From an uncultured Bacteroidales bacterium (GTDB lineage: Bacteria > Bacteroidota > Bacteroidia > Bacteroidales > VadinHA17): DNA of 64,000 nucleotides. This document shows positions 9,510-19,406 of this stretch, piece by piece (position 1 is the first letter of the stretch; the number at the start of each line of letters is the position of its first letter). The DNA lies in NCBI GenBank assembly GCA_963696535.1, contig CAVOKP010000015.1, positions 46,525 through 110,524 of the forward strand, in the 5' to 3' direction. Position numbers and translations under genes: made by a program. The notes beneath the pieces were generated by a model. The model did not search any database, was not told the origin of the DNA, and was given only the letters and a program-made list of their open reading frames with translations.

Positions 9510-11558
9510 ATGACCACAGCTGATTTTAAAAAAATGATATCAGAGGGTATTCCGGATACTTTACCTGATCCCAAACCATACGATACCAGCCTGAATCACG
9601 CCCCAAAAAGAAAGGACATTCTGAACCTGCAGGAAAAGAAGCTGGCAATAAAGAATGCACTTCGCTATTTCCCTGTCCCTTATCACGGGATACTTGCCGG
9701 TGAATTTGCAGGTGAGCTTCATGATACAGGTAGGATCTACATGTACAGGTTCCGTCCGGATTATAAGATTAAAGCCCGTCATATTGATGATTTCCCCCAC
9801 CGTTCATTGCATGCAGCGGCAATAATGCTGATGATCTCAAACAACCTCGATGAGCAGGTAGCCCAGCACCCCCATGAACTGATCACTTACGGAGGCAACG
9901 GGGCCGTATTCCAGAACTGGGCCCAGTACCGCCTGACTATGAAATACCTGTCGGAAATGTCGGATGAACAAACCCTTGTCGTAAATTCCGGTCATCCACT
10001 CGGCCTTTTCCCTTCCCACAGGGATGCTCCCCGGCTTGTGGTGACCAATGGCATGGTAATACCAAATTATTCCTCGCAGGATCACTGGGAGAGATTTAAT
10101 GCGCTTGGCGTTTCGCAATACGGACAGATGACTGCAGGTTCGTACATGTATATCGGCCCTCAGGGTATTGTCCATGGCACAACAATAACAATTCTCAATG
10201 CATGCCGCAGGATTGAAAGGGATAAAGATCATGACGGGATCAAGTTGTTCGTTTCATCCGGTCTCGGGGGCATGTCAGGTGCCCAGCCTAAAGCTGCCCG
10301 GATTGCAGGGGTGATTTCGGTGATTGCAGAGATTAATCCGAAAGCTGTCGGAACCAGGTTTTCCCAGGGATGGATTGATGAGGTGATTTCAGACATGGAT
10401 AAGCTTATTTCCAGAGTCGATAAGGCCAGAAATGAGAAAAGGGCAGTTTCCATTGCATTCAACGGCAATATTGTGGATGTATGGGAACACTTCGCTGACA
10501 TTAATATTAAGGTGGATATTGGTTCGGACCAGACAAGCCTTCATAATCCCTGGGCAGGCGGTTATTACCCTGCAGGGATATCCTTCGGCGAATCAAACCG
10601 GATGATCTCCTCTGATCCCGAACGGTTCAAAGAGCTCGTAAGGGAATCGTTGAGAAGACAGGTCAGGGCTATTAACCGGCATTCTGTAATGGGAACCTAT
10701 TTCTTCGATTACGGGAATGCATTTCTTCTGGAGGCATCGAGGGCAGGAGCCGATATTCTGAATCCGGCGGGTGAGTTCAGGTATCAGTCATATGTTGAGG
10801 ACATCATGGGCCCGATGTGCTTTGATTATGGTTTCGGCCCATTCAGGTGGGTTTGCTGTTCAAATGATCCGTCGGATCTGGAAAAGACAGACAGGATAGC
10901 CCTGGAAACCCTTGAAAGAATAATGAGTCATTCCCCTCAGCAGATCAAACTGCAAATGTCCGACAATATACACTGGATAAGGGAGGCTGCAGGGAACAAT
11001 CTGGTCGTTGGTTCGCAGGCCAGGATCCTTTATGCCGATGCTGAGGGAAGGGCAGCAATAGCCGCGGCATTCAATTCCGCAATCGGAAAAGGTATTATTT
11101 CCGCACCAGTTGTTATTGGCAGGGATCACCACGATGTTTCGGGAACTGATTCCCCTTTCAGGGAGACTTCGGATATAAGGGATGGTTCAAAATTCACCGC
11201 CGATATGGCAGTCCAGAATGTTATTGGCGATTCCTTCCGCGGCGCAACGTGGGTTTCATTGCATAACGGAGGCGGGGTTGGATGGGGAGAGGTGATAAAT
11301 GGAGGTTTCGGGATGGTTCTTGACGGAACGGAAGATGCGGGAAAAAAGTTAAGGATGATGCTTCACTGGGATGTCGCCAACGGCATTGCAAGGAGGAGCT
11401 GGGGAAGGAATGAGGGGGCTATGTTCACACTGCAAAGGGAAATGGAGAGAACCCCCGGACTGAAAGTTACAGTTCCTTATGTTGCTGATGACAAGCTTAT
11501 TGAGAAAATCTTAAAAACTTACACAACTTGTCCCGATAGATCGGGACAAGTTGTGTAA
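9510..11558 (+). CDS. hutU: Urocanate hydratase (long, about 680 aa type)
   Basis: YGQMTAGSYMYIGPQGIVHGT, GLGGMSGAQP, SDQTSLHNP, GRDHHDVSGTDSPFRET, HNGGGVGWG. TAACTTTG box at 9477-9484. Confidence 0.96.
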   Translation: MTTADFKKMISEGIPDTLPDPKPYDTSLNHAPKRKDILNLQEKKLAIKNALRYFPVPYHGILAGEFAGELHDTGRIYMYRFRPDYKIKARHIDDFPHRSLHAAAIMLMISNNLDEQVAQHPHELITYGGNGAVFQNWAQYRLTMKYLSEMSDEQTLVVNSGHPLGLFPSHRDAPRLVVTNGMVIPNYSSQDHWERFNALGVSQYGQMTAGSYMYIGPQGIVHGTTITILNACRRIERDKDHDGIKLFVSSGLGGMSGAQPKAARIAGVISVIAEINPKAVGTRFSQGWIDEVISDMDKLISRVDKARNEKRAVSIAFNGNIVDVWEHFADINIKVDIGSDQTSLHNPWAGGYYPAGISFGESNRMISSDPERFKELVRESLRRQVRAINRHSVMGTYFFDYGNAFLLEASRAGADILNPAGEFRYQSYVEDIMGPMCFDYGFGPFRWVCCSNDPSDLEKTDRIALETLERIMSHSPQQIKLQMSDNIHWIREAAGNNLVVGSQARILYADAEGRAAIAAAFNSAIGKGIISAPVVIGRDHHDVSGTDSPFRETSDIRDGSKFTADMAVQNVIGDSFRGATWVSLHNGGGVGWGEVINGGFGMVLDGTEDAGKKLRMMLHWDVANGIARRSWGRNEGAMFTLQREMERTPGLKVTVPYVADDKLIEKILKTYTTCPDRSGQVV

Positions 11559-11564
11559 GTTTTT
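11513..11564. repeat. Perfect 25-bp inverted repeat at the convergent hutU/ispF junction (probable bidirectional terminator)
   Basis: AAAAACTTACACAACTTGTCCCGAT-AG-ATCGGGACAAGTTGTGTAAGTTTTT, with A/T tracts at both ends. Confidence 0.85.
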
Positions 11565-12043
11565 TATTTCTTTTCAATCATAACAATTGCTAATGCCACA
11601 ATACCTTCCTCCCTGCCGGTGAAGCCAAGCTTTTCAGTGGTAGTGGCTTTTACGGAAATATCTTCGGGATCGGTTTTGAGGATGGCTGAAATGACATCCC
11701 TCATTTCCGGTATAAATGCAGCAATCTTTGGTTTTTCAAGGCATACAGTGCAGTCGACATTTACAACAGAATACCCTTTTTCACTGATCAATCCAAAAGT
11801 CCTTTGGAGGAGTATCTTGCTGTCGATCTTGCTGAACTCAGGATCGGAATCCGGGAAATGAAAGCCGATATCCCTTAATCCTGCTGCTCCGAGAAGGGCA
11901 TCGCAAACAGCATGAAGCAGTACATCTCCGTCGGAGTATGCTAAACAACCACGTTCAGAAGGGATTTTTACTCCTCCGAGCCATAAATCAAGACCTGGTT
12001 CAAGACGGTGAAAATCAATGCCCTGGCCTATTTTGGAATTCAT
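11564..12043 (-). CDS. ispF: 2-C-methyl-D-erythritol 2,4-cyclodiphosphate synthase
   Basis: IGQGIDFH, SDGDVLLHAVCDALLGA, DIGFHFPD, KATTTEKLGFTGREEG. Follows porV as in other Bacteroidota. Confidence 0.96.
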   Translation of the reverse strand: MNSKIGQGIDFHRLEPGLDLWLGGVKIPSERGCLAYSDGDVLLHAVCDALLGAAGLRDIGFHFPDSDPEFSKIDSKILLQRTFGLISEKGYSVVNVDCTVCLEKPKIAAFIPEMRDVISAILKTDPEDISVKATTTEKLGFTGREEGIVALAIVMIEKK

Positions 12044-12048
12044 TCTGA

Positions 12049-13200
12049 TTAATTTCCGTTACTCTGTAATGCATTAATATCGAATGCAAGCGAGAAACGG
12101 AGTGTTCTTGCGAGAGGATGATTTGAGACAGTGGGCATCAGGTATGAGAAATCGATTGTGAAACCCTTGAATTTGAAACCTGCCCCTGCGGTGAAGTATT
12201 TTCTGTTGCCTTTGCTTGCATTTTCATGGAAGTATCCGGCCCTCAGGGCAAACTGGTTGTTATACCAGTATTCCAGGCCGATGGAAGATGTGATCTCACG
12301 GATCTCTTCCTTGAAACCATCAGGAGCATCATAGAATGACTGGAATATTGCGATGGGAACAGATACATCCGGGTCTTTCCCGTCAACAATCTCCCCGTCG
12401 TTATTATAGACAGGAGGAGTAGGCACGAGAAGCTTGTTGAAATCAATTGCGAGTGAAAGCTTGTTGAACTCGTCGAGTTCAATTGTTCCTGATCCTCCAA
12501 GACGCATGTTCATAGGAATAAAATCAGATGTCTGTCTGTCGGAATAGCTCATCTTGGATCCGATATTCGAGAAATTCAATCCGAAGGCCAGTTCACCGTC
12601 TTTGCTGAACATTGTAACATCCTTATGGTAATATCCTGAGATGTCAGCAGCAAAAGATATCCCGGGCTGTGTGGCTTCATTTCCTGAATAAGATCCGCCA
12701 GTAAGGTTTGAATAAATGAACCTGAAAGCTATTCCTCCCGAAAAGTTTTCGGCAAAAATCCTGGAATAACCCAGATCAAATCCCAGCTCATTCGGTTTGA
12801 AATCGCGTTCATGATCTCCAAATTCATTTGTGAAGGGAACAACTCCAAGCGAGGAATACAAAAGGCTTGCGCTTGCAACCTGCTTATTGTCGATCCTGTA
12901 AAAACCTGTCAGATATGCAATATTTATATCGGGGACAAGATTCCTTAACCATGGTGAATATGAGATTCCCACACCTGCTTTACCATCAATGAAGGCATAT
13001 TTTGCTGCATTCCAGTGCTGACTGTATACGTCGGGTTTTGTTGCAACGCCGACGTCACCCATTGCTCCGGACCTTGAATCGGGTGCTATTGTAAGGAAGG
13101 GAACCACTGTCTGAATTGCGTTCAGTTCCTGTGAATAGAGTCTGACAGTTCCGGCAAAAAGTAATAAGAATAATATAGCTGGAGTAATTTTTCTCTTCAT
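12049..13200 (-). CDS. porV: Type IX secretion system outer membrane shuttle PorV
   Basis: VPFLTIAPDSRSGAMGD, YSPWLRNLV, LRAGYFHE..KGNRKY, HPLARTLRFSL. Sits between porU and ispF; TATATTTG box at 13227-13234 (minus strand). Confidence 0.93.
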   Translation of the reverse strand: MKRKITPAILFLLLFAGTVRLYSQELNAIQTVVPFLTIAPDSRSGAMGDVGVATKPDVYSQHWNAAKYAFIDGKAGVGISYSPWLRNLVPDINIAYLTGFYRIDNKQVASASLLYSSLGVVPFTNEFGDHERDFKPNELGFDLGYSRIFAENFSGGIAFRFIYSNLTGGSYSGNEATQPGISFAADISGYYHKDVTMFSKDGELAFGLNFSNIGSKMSYSDRQTSDFIPMNMRLGGSGTIELDEFNKLSLAIDFNKLLVPTPPVYNNDGEIVDGKDPDVSVPIAIFQSFYDAPDGFKEEIREITSSIGLEYWYNNQFALRAGYFHENASKGNRKYFTAGAGFKFKGFTIDFSYLMPTVSNHPLARTLRFSLAFDINALQSNGN

Positions 13201-13267
13201 ACTGATTTTTCTCTTTTAAGATTTTGCAAATATAAAACAAAAATTCCGGCGACTTATTGTGTGACTG

Positions 13268-16200
13268 TCAATAAATGATCATTCTGCCTGAAATAGTGGA
13301 TGTTTCGCCGTTTTCCGCAGTGATTTTAAGCATATAGGGATAGATGCCCTTTCCTGCCCTGCTGCCTCCTGATGAGCATCCATCCCATTCGACCGGAGAA
13401 AGGCGGAACCCGGTGGCAGCTTCAGTGGTACTTATAATCCTGATAACAGCACCGGTAACATTGAATATTGTTATGTTTATTTCGAGCATTTCTCCGGGTC
13501 TGTTATGTTCGGTACTTATCCTGGTATCAAGGGTAAATGGGTTGGGAAAATTCAAAAGGTTTCTCAGGATTAATTTCCCGTCTGATTTGACGAAAAAGGA
13601 AATTGTCTTCTCACTTGAATTATTAAAGTTATCCCAGGCTTTCAAGGTGATTGTGTGACTCCCCGGATCAAGGCCTGAAAGGTCATAAATTATACTTCCG
13701 CTGGTATAGCTTCCAAAGTTGTTTTCGAAATAATTGTTGAGGATAATGGAGGCTGAAGGGTTGCCGTCGATCCAGCATTTAATATCATGTCCGATTCCGC
13801 TTCCGGCACTGTTTATACCTCCCTTGTCGCTGATCAGTGCAAGAAGTTTTGGATTGGGGCCGGTCATTCCTCCGCTCCTGAAAAGTGTATCATTGAGGTA
13901 AAGTCTGATTTCGGGTCCTTCTTTGTCGGGTGTGTTAATACTGCTGAATCCTCCGGTAACCAATCCGGAGTAAATACCGTTAATATCTCCGGAATCATTG
14001 AAGGCATAATAACTTATTCTTGCCTTTCCGGGCGAATAATCGATATCCCTTGGAACCATGAATGTGAACCTGAACTTTCCGTTTTCTGCCAATGTTTTTC
14101 CTCTGAAAAGGACGACATTCTGGAGCTCAAAATCCATCTTCTGTCCACCATCGTTGGCAAGGGTTCGGATTTGGGACGGTTTTCCGAAGACCACCGGGGC
14201 TACAGTGCCGTTGAAATCAACTGCCGGATTGCCATTGTTGTCTTCAATGTGTCCTGCTACTGTAAACAACGACAATGCCTTAAGCGTGTCGGTGCTTTCT
14301 CCGGCAGGCACATTGTTTATGGAGTCTGTTACAACATTCCCGTTAAATGGCCAGGAGAGTCTCACCGCAGGATCTCCGAGCAGAAGGAAATTACGCTTGT
14401 TGGTATTGTCACCCGACATGTTTTTGGCTATTCTGATTATATCTCCGAGGCGAAGTGAATTCCCTTCCGCATTGCGGCTAAAGGCAGCCTGAAAGATATT
14501 CCTGTTAAGAGTGTAATTGGGTGCTGAATATACAAGCCTTGTCGTCGACATAAGTGCAATCGCACCACCCCCGGGGCTGAGCAGGATCTTTTCTCCCGAC
14601 GAGGTCTTTCCTGATATCAAGCCTGTTGCGTCGTTTTTTGTGATATCATCAAACCTGCTGAACTCACAGGTTGCGGTAATAAAAAGGGGGAGTTTTTCCA
14701 GGTTTTGCCACTTATCAATATCCTCCGGAGTGATCACCCTTTCATGTGCAAGGCTTGACTCATTGCCATGCCCTACATAATTGAAAACAAGTGTTCCTGA
14801 ATTAATCCGGTCGTTTATGGCCCTGGTGACGTCAGGATAAAACTGGCCTGTAGGGGCCGTTACCTGGTTGTATGCATCAAAATATATCTTGTCAATGTTC
14901 ACCCAGGGAGCAATTTCCTCAGCTATGCCCGCGAGACCCTCAGCATCCGACATATGCGTATTCCCGTCCTCATCATCTGCTGTAATGCATATAAGATTCT
15001 TCCAGTCTCCCCGGTTTGATAAACTCAGGTAATTTTCAATTTTCGAAACAGCAATCCGTGCTTCAGTAGTATCCGAGACAGGGATCCTGCCAATACCAAG
15101 ATCCTCCGTGCCTGATTCCTCACCTTCCCCTTCATCAAGCAGACCGAAAAAATCATCGGAAGTAAACGAGGAGATGAATACGTTTGAATTCCGTGTCTGC
15201 CAGGTCGGTACATAATTTGTATTTCCCGGAGGCGGTGTTTTGTTATCAAATGACCCGTCACCAAACAGAAGGAGGTACCTGAGGGGATGATTGGTCCCTT
15301 TCTGACGGGAATACTTCATTCTCAGAAAATTTCGAATTGCTACGATATCCGGAATTCCCCCCGAAAACTCATTGTAAATCTGACCGGGGGTGGTTACAAG
15401 TGAAACAAGGCCGCTGTTCGACCGATGCACCCCGGCCAGCCTTTCAGCATATTGACGGAACTGCGGATGGGTGACAATTATCATATCAGCCGGAGCCGAG
15501 GAGTGAAGATCCTGATTTGCCAGTGATACTGAATTAATTACCGGTGCCCGGGCATTGGCGGGAAGAAAGGCGATGAAAGTCTTCAGGGTATCGGTTGCCC
15601 TCATGAAAGTAATATTTTCATCCGATCTGTCATACCTGATCGTTTCCGGATTAAAAGGGTCGGTAACGTCCCAGATCTGAGTTCCCGCAGCAGAACCTTT
15701 TATTGTGAACTCCGCAACCCTTCCAGTTCCAGCCGATCTTGAGTCGGTGTATTGCTCAAAGATGCCGGTAAACTTATTCTGTTTCCTTGCATGCAAAGTC
15801 ATATAATCGATCCATCCCTTTGCTGATATTTCGCCGCCATTTAAGAAAGATATTTTATAGACGGGTTCTGGTGAAGCGGGTATTGCTTCGCCTTTGACCT
15901 GCACAGCCTGGGCATAGGTTCCTGTTGTGGATGCCAGGTTAATTCCGGGCACCGGAACGGTTGTGAGAACAGACCCATTCTCAATTATTCTGAAAGAGGT
16001 TGAAGCAGTGGCCCGGGCAAGAACCTTAATTGAGTACCTTATCTTTTCTGCAGGGACAAGATCCTTAATCCCGGAATTAACTTCAATATCTTTTAAAGAG
16101 CCTGCTGGCTGGTACCACTCCCTGCCAGAGTGGAGAATGTTGTCGGATTCCAGCTCATGTATATGCAACGCGTCAGAAGAGGTTGAAAAATAATTAGCCT

Positions 16201-16690
16201 GCATTAAGGATTCATCTGCCGGACCGATCCTTTTACCCTGTAAGGGTCCGGAAGTTATAAAATAGAAAGCAGTGTCGGAATAATTGTGTCTCACATGGCT
16301 GAATTCGCCGGTTTCATTGTCAAAAATCCATCTGTTTGTCCCTTTGCCATAAAACAGGAGATAGTCTCCTTCATTGAAAACCCCATCAGCACCGGTAAAG
16401 GTATAAATGGCAATTTCCATTAGGTCGTCAGGAAATGATGCATCGTTATAGTATGAAAGCTGACCCGCGTTATTGCCAAAAATCATTGGATTTGATGGAT
16501 ACTCCAGCCCAATCTGTTTCAGCCTTGAATAGTAAATCCTGTAGATGTTATCTTCAGTCAATGCTATTTTAAACCATTTTCCGGCTGAAAGAACCGAGGA
16601 TGGCGCATAATCCTGAGCAATCCCGCTGAGGTCCGGGTTCAGCAGGGAAATTAAAGATGCAAAGCAAGCTATTTGAACCTGTTTCAACAT
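13268..16690 (-). CDS. porU: Type IX secretion system sortase PorU (peptidase C25)
   Basis: SVLSAGKWFKI, IYNEFSGGIPD, YLLLFGDGSFD, catalytic NYVGHG...TATCEFSRFD, LLGDPA, C-terminal CTD (NFPNPF). TATCTTTG box at 16700-16707 (minus strand). Confidence 0.94.
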   Translation of the reverse strand: MLKQVQIACFASLISLLNPDLSGIAQDYAPSSVLSAGKWFKIALTEDNIYRIYYSRLKQIGLEYPSNPMIFGNNAGQLSYYNDASFPDDLMEIAIYTFTGADGVFNEGDYLLFYGKGTNRWIFDNETGEFSHVRHNYSDTAFYFITSGPLQGKRIGPADESLMQANYFSTSSDALHIHELESDNILHSGREWYQPAGSLKDIEVNSGIKDLVPAEKIRYSIKVLARATASTSFRIIENGSVLTTVPVPGINLASTTGTYAQAVQVKGEAIPASPEPVYKISFLNGGEISAKGWIDYMTLHARKQNKFTGIFEQYTDSRSAGTGRVAEFTIKGSAAGTQIWDVTDPFNPETIRYDRSDENITFMRATDTLKTFIAFLPANARAPVINSVSLANQDLHSSAPADMIIVTHPQFRQYAERLAGVHRSNSGLVSLVTTPGQIYNEFSGGIPDIVAIRNFLRMKYSRQKGTNHPLRYLLLFGDGSFDNKTPPPGNTNYVPTWQTRNSNVFISSFTSDDFFGLLDEGEGEESGTEDLGIGRIPVSDTTEARIAVSKIENYLSLSNRGDWKNLICITADDEDGNTHMSDAEGLAGIAEEIAPWVNIDKIYFDAYNQVTAPTGQFYPDVTRAINDRINSGTLVFNYVGHGNESSLAHERVITPEDIDKWQNLEKLPLFITATCEFSRFDDITKNDATGLISGKTSSGEKILLSPGGGAIALMSTTRLVYSAPNYTLNRNIFQAAFSRNAEGNSLRLGDIIRIAKNMSGDNTNKRNFLLLGDPAVRLSWPFNGNVVTDSINNVPAGESTDTLKALSLFTVAGHIEDNNGNPAVDFNGTVAPVVFGKPSQIRTLANDGGQKMDFELQNVVLFRGKTLAENGKFRFTFMVPRDIDYSPGKARISYYAFNDSGDINGIYSGLVTGGFSSINTPDKEGPEIRLYLNDTLFRSGGMTGPNPKLLALISDKGGINSAGSGIGHDIKCWIDGNPSASIILNNYFENNFGSYTSGSIIYDLSGLDPGSHTITLKAWDNFNNSSEKTISFFVKSDGKLILRNLLNFPNPFTLDTRISTEHNRPGEMLEINITIFNVTGAVIRIISTTEAATGFRLSPVEWDGCSSGGSRAGKGIYPYMLKITAENGETSTISGRMIIY

Positions 16691-16807
16691 TATTCAGGGC
16701 AAAGATAGAAATGTAGTTCAGGTTTTTAGTTTATTTTGCGGGCATAAAATAGTTTTGAATGAAATTTCGACTAGTGGCTTTCCGTTGATATAAAAGTATA
16801 TTGAGAT

Positions 16808-17776
16808 ATGAAAAAAAAGCCGAGTCTGATCGTAATCCTGCCATTTATTTTGTCTGGTGCATTATTTTGCCAGGAGGCTGATTATGGACCAGGTTACCAG
16901 ACCATGATCGTCAGCAATCCGGCGTTTGCCGGAAGCAGTCTTGATGGCACGCTGCGGCTTTCATATCTTAATTTCTATCCCGGGAACAATTTTAATTTCC
17001 ATTCGGTTTTTCTTTCATATGACTCCTATTTTGAAATCCTGCACGGAGGAGCAGGTTTCTTCCTTTCAAACGATTATACCGGGGGAATAGTGAATGATTT
17101 AAGAGGAGGCCTGTCGTATTCATATTTTTTGCAGGCAGGCAGGGATCTTTATATTAATGCCGGACTCTCCGCTTCGTTTTTCAACCGGGGTTTTAATTTC
17201 AGCGGGGCTGTTTTTCCCGATCAGATTGATCCCATGGGCGTAGTTTCGCTGCCAACCTCCGAACTGGTATCCAATGAGAACAGGATGGTGTTTGATGCCG
17301 GAACAGGTTTTATGTTCATTTATAAGAATCTGTCGGGAGGATTCGGTCTGACCCACCTTACCCAGCCTGATCTTTACGGAACAGGATCCTCAGATGGGAG
17401 GCTGAAACGAAAATACCTTGTTCACATGATGGCGGATTTTGATCTTAAACGAGGCAGCGACCTTAAAATAACACCCCTTGCTTCATTTGAATTACAGGGA
17501 AAGTACCTCTGCACCTCAGCTGGGGCCATTCTCGCAAGTAATTATTTGTCATTAAATACTTTGATACTGGCTGATAACAACGGCAAAATTGATGTTCTGG
17601 CAGGTTTTTCCCTTAGGCGGGAAAAGCTCGGATTGTACTATAATTATCAGTTTAACCTGAGATCGGACAATTCCGTGATACCATTTTCCGTTATGCATCA
17701 GACAGGCCTGACTTTCAGTTTAGATTATGTTGAAAAAAGAAATAAAGTCAGGACAATAAATGTACCTTATATGTAG
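16808..17776 (+). CDS. PorP/SprF family T9SS membrane protein
   Basis: NPAFAG motif near the N-terminus, 'HLTQPD', beta-barrel pattern; lies between porU and gldJ. Confidence 0.8.
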   Translation: MKKKPSLIVILPFILSGALFCQEADYGPGYQTMIVSNPAFAGSSLDGTLRLSYLNFYPGNNFNFHSVFLSYDSYFEILHGGAGFFLSNDYTGGIVNDLRGGLSYSYFLQAGRDLYINAGLSASFFNRGFNFSGAVFPDQIDPMGVVSLPTSELVSNENRMVFDAGTGFMFIYKNLSGGFGLTHLTQPDLYGTGSSDGRLKRKYLVHMMADFDLKRGSDLKITPLASFELQGKYLCTSAGAILASNYLSLNTLILADNNGKIDVLAGFSLRREKLGLYYNYQFNLRSDNSVIPFSVMHQTGLTFSLDYVEKRNKVRTINVPYM

Positions 17777-17855
17777 TTATATTTGGTGTCCAAAAAATCT
17801 TTTCGGAAAATAGCAAGATGTATTAATTCACAAATGCCAATAAAATTAAGGAGTT

Positions 17856-19340
17856 ATGTATAGATTCAGAACCTTGTCGGTTATATTTATTGCTGCACTG
17901 ATTCTCTTTTCATGCAAGGGCAGCAAAAAGGGGGATAACGTTTCATCCACTACCGGGTGGAGGTATAATGACCCTGACAATGGAGGATTTGAAGTTGCGA
18001 TAGGAGCGGAACAAAAGACTGGTCCAGGCCTTGTGCTGATTGAGGGAGGTCGTTTTACAATGGGCCGTGTGGAACAGGATGTGATGTTTGACTGGAACAA
18101 TATTCCCAGGACAGTAACAGTATCCTCGTTTTACATGGATGAGACGGAAGTGAGGAACGTTGATTATCGCGAATACCTGTTCTGGATTAAAAGGGTGCAC
18201 AAGGATTATCCCGAGGTTTTCAGAAGGGCTTTGCCCGACACGCTTGTCTGGAGAAGTCCGATGGGATTTAATGATCCGTATGTCCAGTACTATTTCAGGC
18301 ACCCTTCTTACAATAATTATCCCGTTGTTGGTGTAAGCTGGGTCAAGGCAAATGATTACTGCCTCTGGAGAACTGACAGGGTAAATGAACAGCTGCTTAT
18401 TGATGAAGGGGAACTGAATCCCGATCCGAACCAGCTGAATGAGAAGAACTTTAATACTGAAGCCTATCTGGCCGGACAATATGAAGGTGTTGTGAATCAG
18501 CTTCGCGAAAGCCTTAATCCCAATCAGACCGAAAGACGTACAAATTTCGAGGATGGTTTGCTTTTGCCTGCTTACAGACTTCCGACAGAAGCAGAATGGG
18601 AATTTGCTGCATATGCGCTCCGGGGCAATACATTCGAAGAACGGGTTTATGAAAGAAGAATATATCCATGGGATGGTCACAATGTCAGGAATTCTGCAAA
18701 AAAATCGAGAGGTGAAATGATGGCCAATTTTGTCCGTGGCAGGGGAGATATGATGGGAGTTGCAGGCAGCCTGAATGACAACGGGAGCATAACAACCGAT
18801 GTTAAATCTTACTGGCCAAATGATTATGGTCTTTACTGCATGGCAGGCAACGTGAATGAGTGGGTTCAGGACGTTTACCGTCCCCTTTCCTCACAGGATG
18901 TCGACGGTTTCAACCCATACCGGGGAAACGTTTTCACCGATCTCAAGAGAGATGCAAACGGTCAGATTATTAGCAAAGACAAGCTCGGGCGTCTTATCAT
19001 CGATACCGTCAAGGATACTGATGTTGCAAACAGGTACAATTACCAGAAGGGCGATTACAGGAACTACCGGGATGGAGATATTTCATCATCTATTGTCGGC
19101 GGCGCAGACTGGAACATTGATGACGGAAAGCAGGGCTCATCGAGAATGTACGTTCAGGAAGAAAAGGATTTCTTCACCCTCATTAATGATAATGCAAGAG
19201 TATATAAGGGCGGATCATGGAGGGACAGGGCCTACTGGCTCAATCCATCCACAAGAAGGTTCCTTGATCAGGAAAGCTGCCGTGATGATATAGGATTCAG
19301 GTGTGCAATGATCAGGGTGGGAAGCCCGTCAGGATTTTAG
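17856..19340 (+). CDS. gldJ: Gliding motility/T9SS lipoprotein GldJ (FGE-sulfatase fold)
   Basis: Lipobox LFSC, SSTTGWRYND, FYMDETEV, ALPDTLVW, YRLPTEAEWEFAA, MAGNVNEWV, IGFRCAM. porU/gldJ/murF synteny; TATATTTG box at 17778-17785. Confidence 0.88.
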   Translation: MYRFRTLSVIFIAALILFSCKGSKKGDNVSSTTGWRYNDPDNGGFEVAIGAEQKTGPGLVLIEGGRFTMGRVEQDVMFDWNNIPRTVTVSSFYMDETEVRNVDYREYLFWIKRVHKDYPEVFRRALPDTLVWRSPMGFNDPYVQYYFRHPSYNNYPVVGVSWVKANDYCLWRTDRVNEQLLIDEGELNPDPNQLNEKNFNTEAYLAGQYEGVVNQLRESLNPNQTERRTNFEDGLLLPAYRLPTEAEWEFAAYALRGNTFEERVYERRIYPWDGHNVRNSAKKSRGEMMANFVRGRGDMMGVAGSLNDNGSITTDVKSYWPNDYGLYCMAGNVNEWVQDVYRPLSSQDVDGFNPYRGNVFTDLKRDANGQIISKDKLGRLIIDTVKDTDVANRYNYQKGDYRNYRDGDISSSIVGGADWNIDDGKQGSSRMYVQEEKDFFTLINDNARVYKGGSWRDRAYWLNPSTRRFLDQESCRDDIGFRCAMIRVGSPSGF

Positions 19341-19365
19341 TGTAATAAAATAATTTTATCTATCT

Positions 19366-19401
19366 TGCCTCATTATGCATCCATAATGAGGCATTTTTTT
19401 T
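19366..19401 (+). terminator. Intrinsic terminator after gldJ
   Basis: TGCCTCATTATG-CATC-CATAATGAGGCA followed by T8. Confidence 0.85.
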
Positions 19402-19406
19402 AACAT

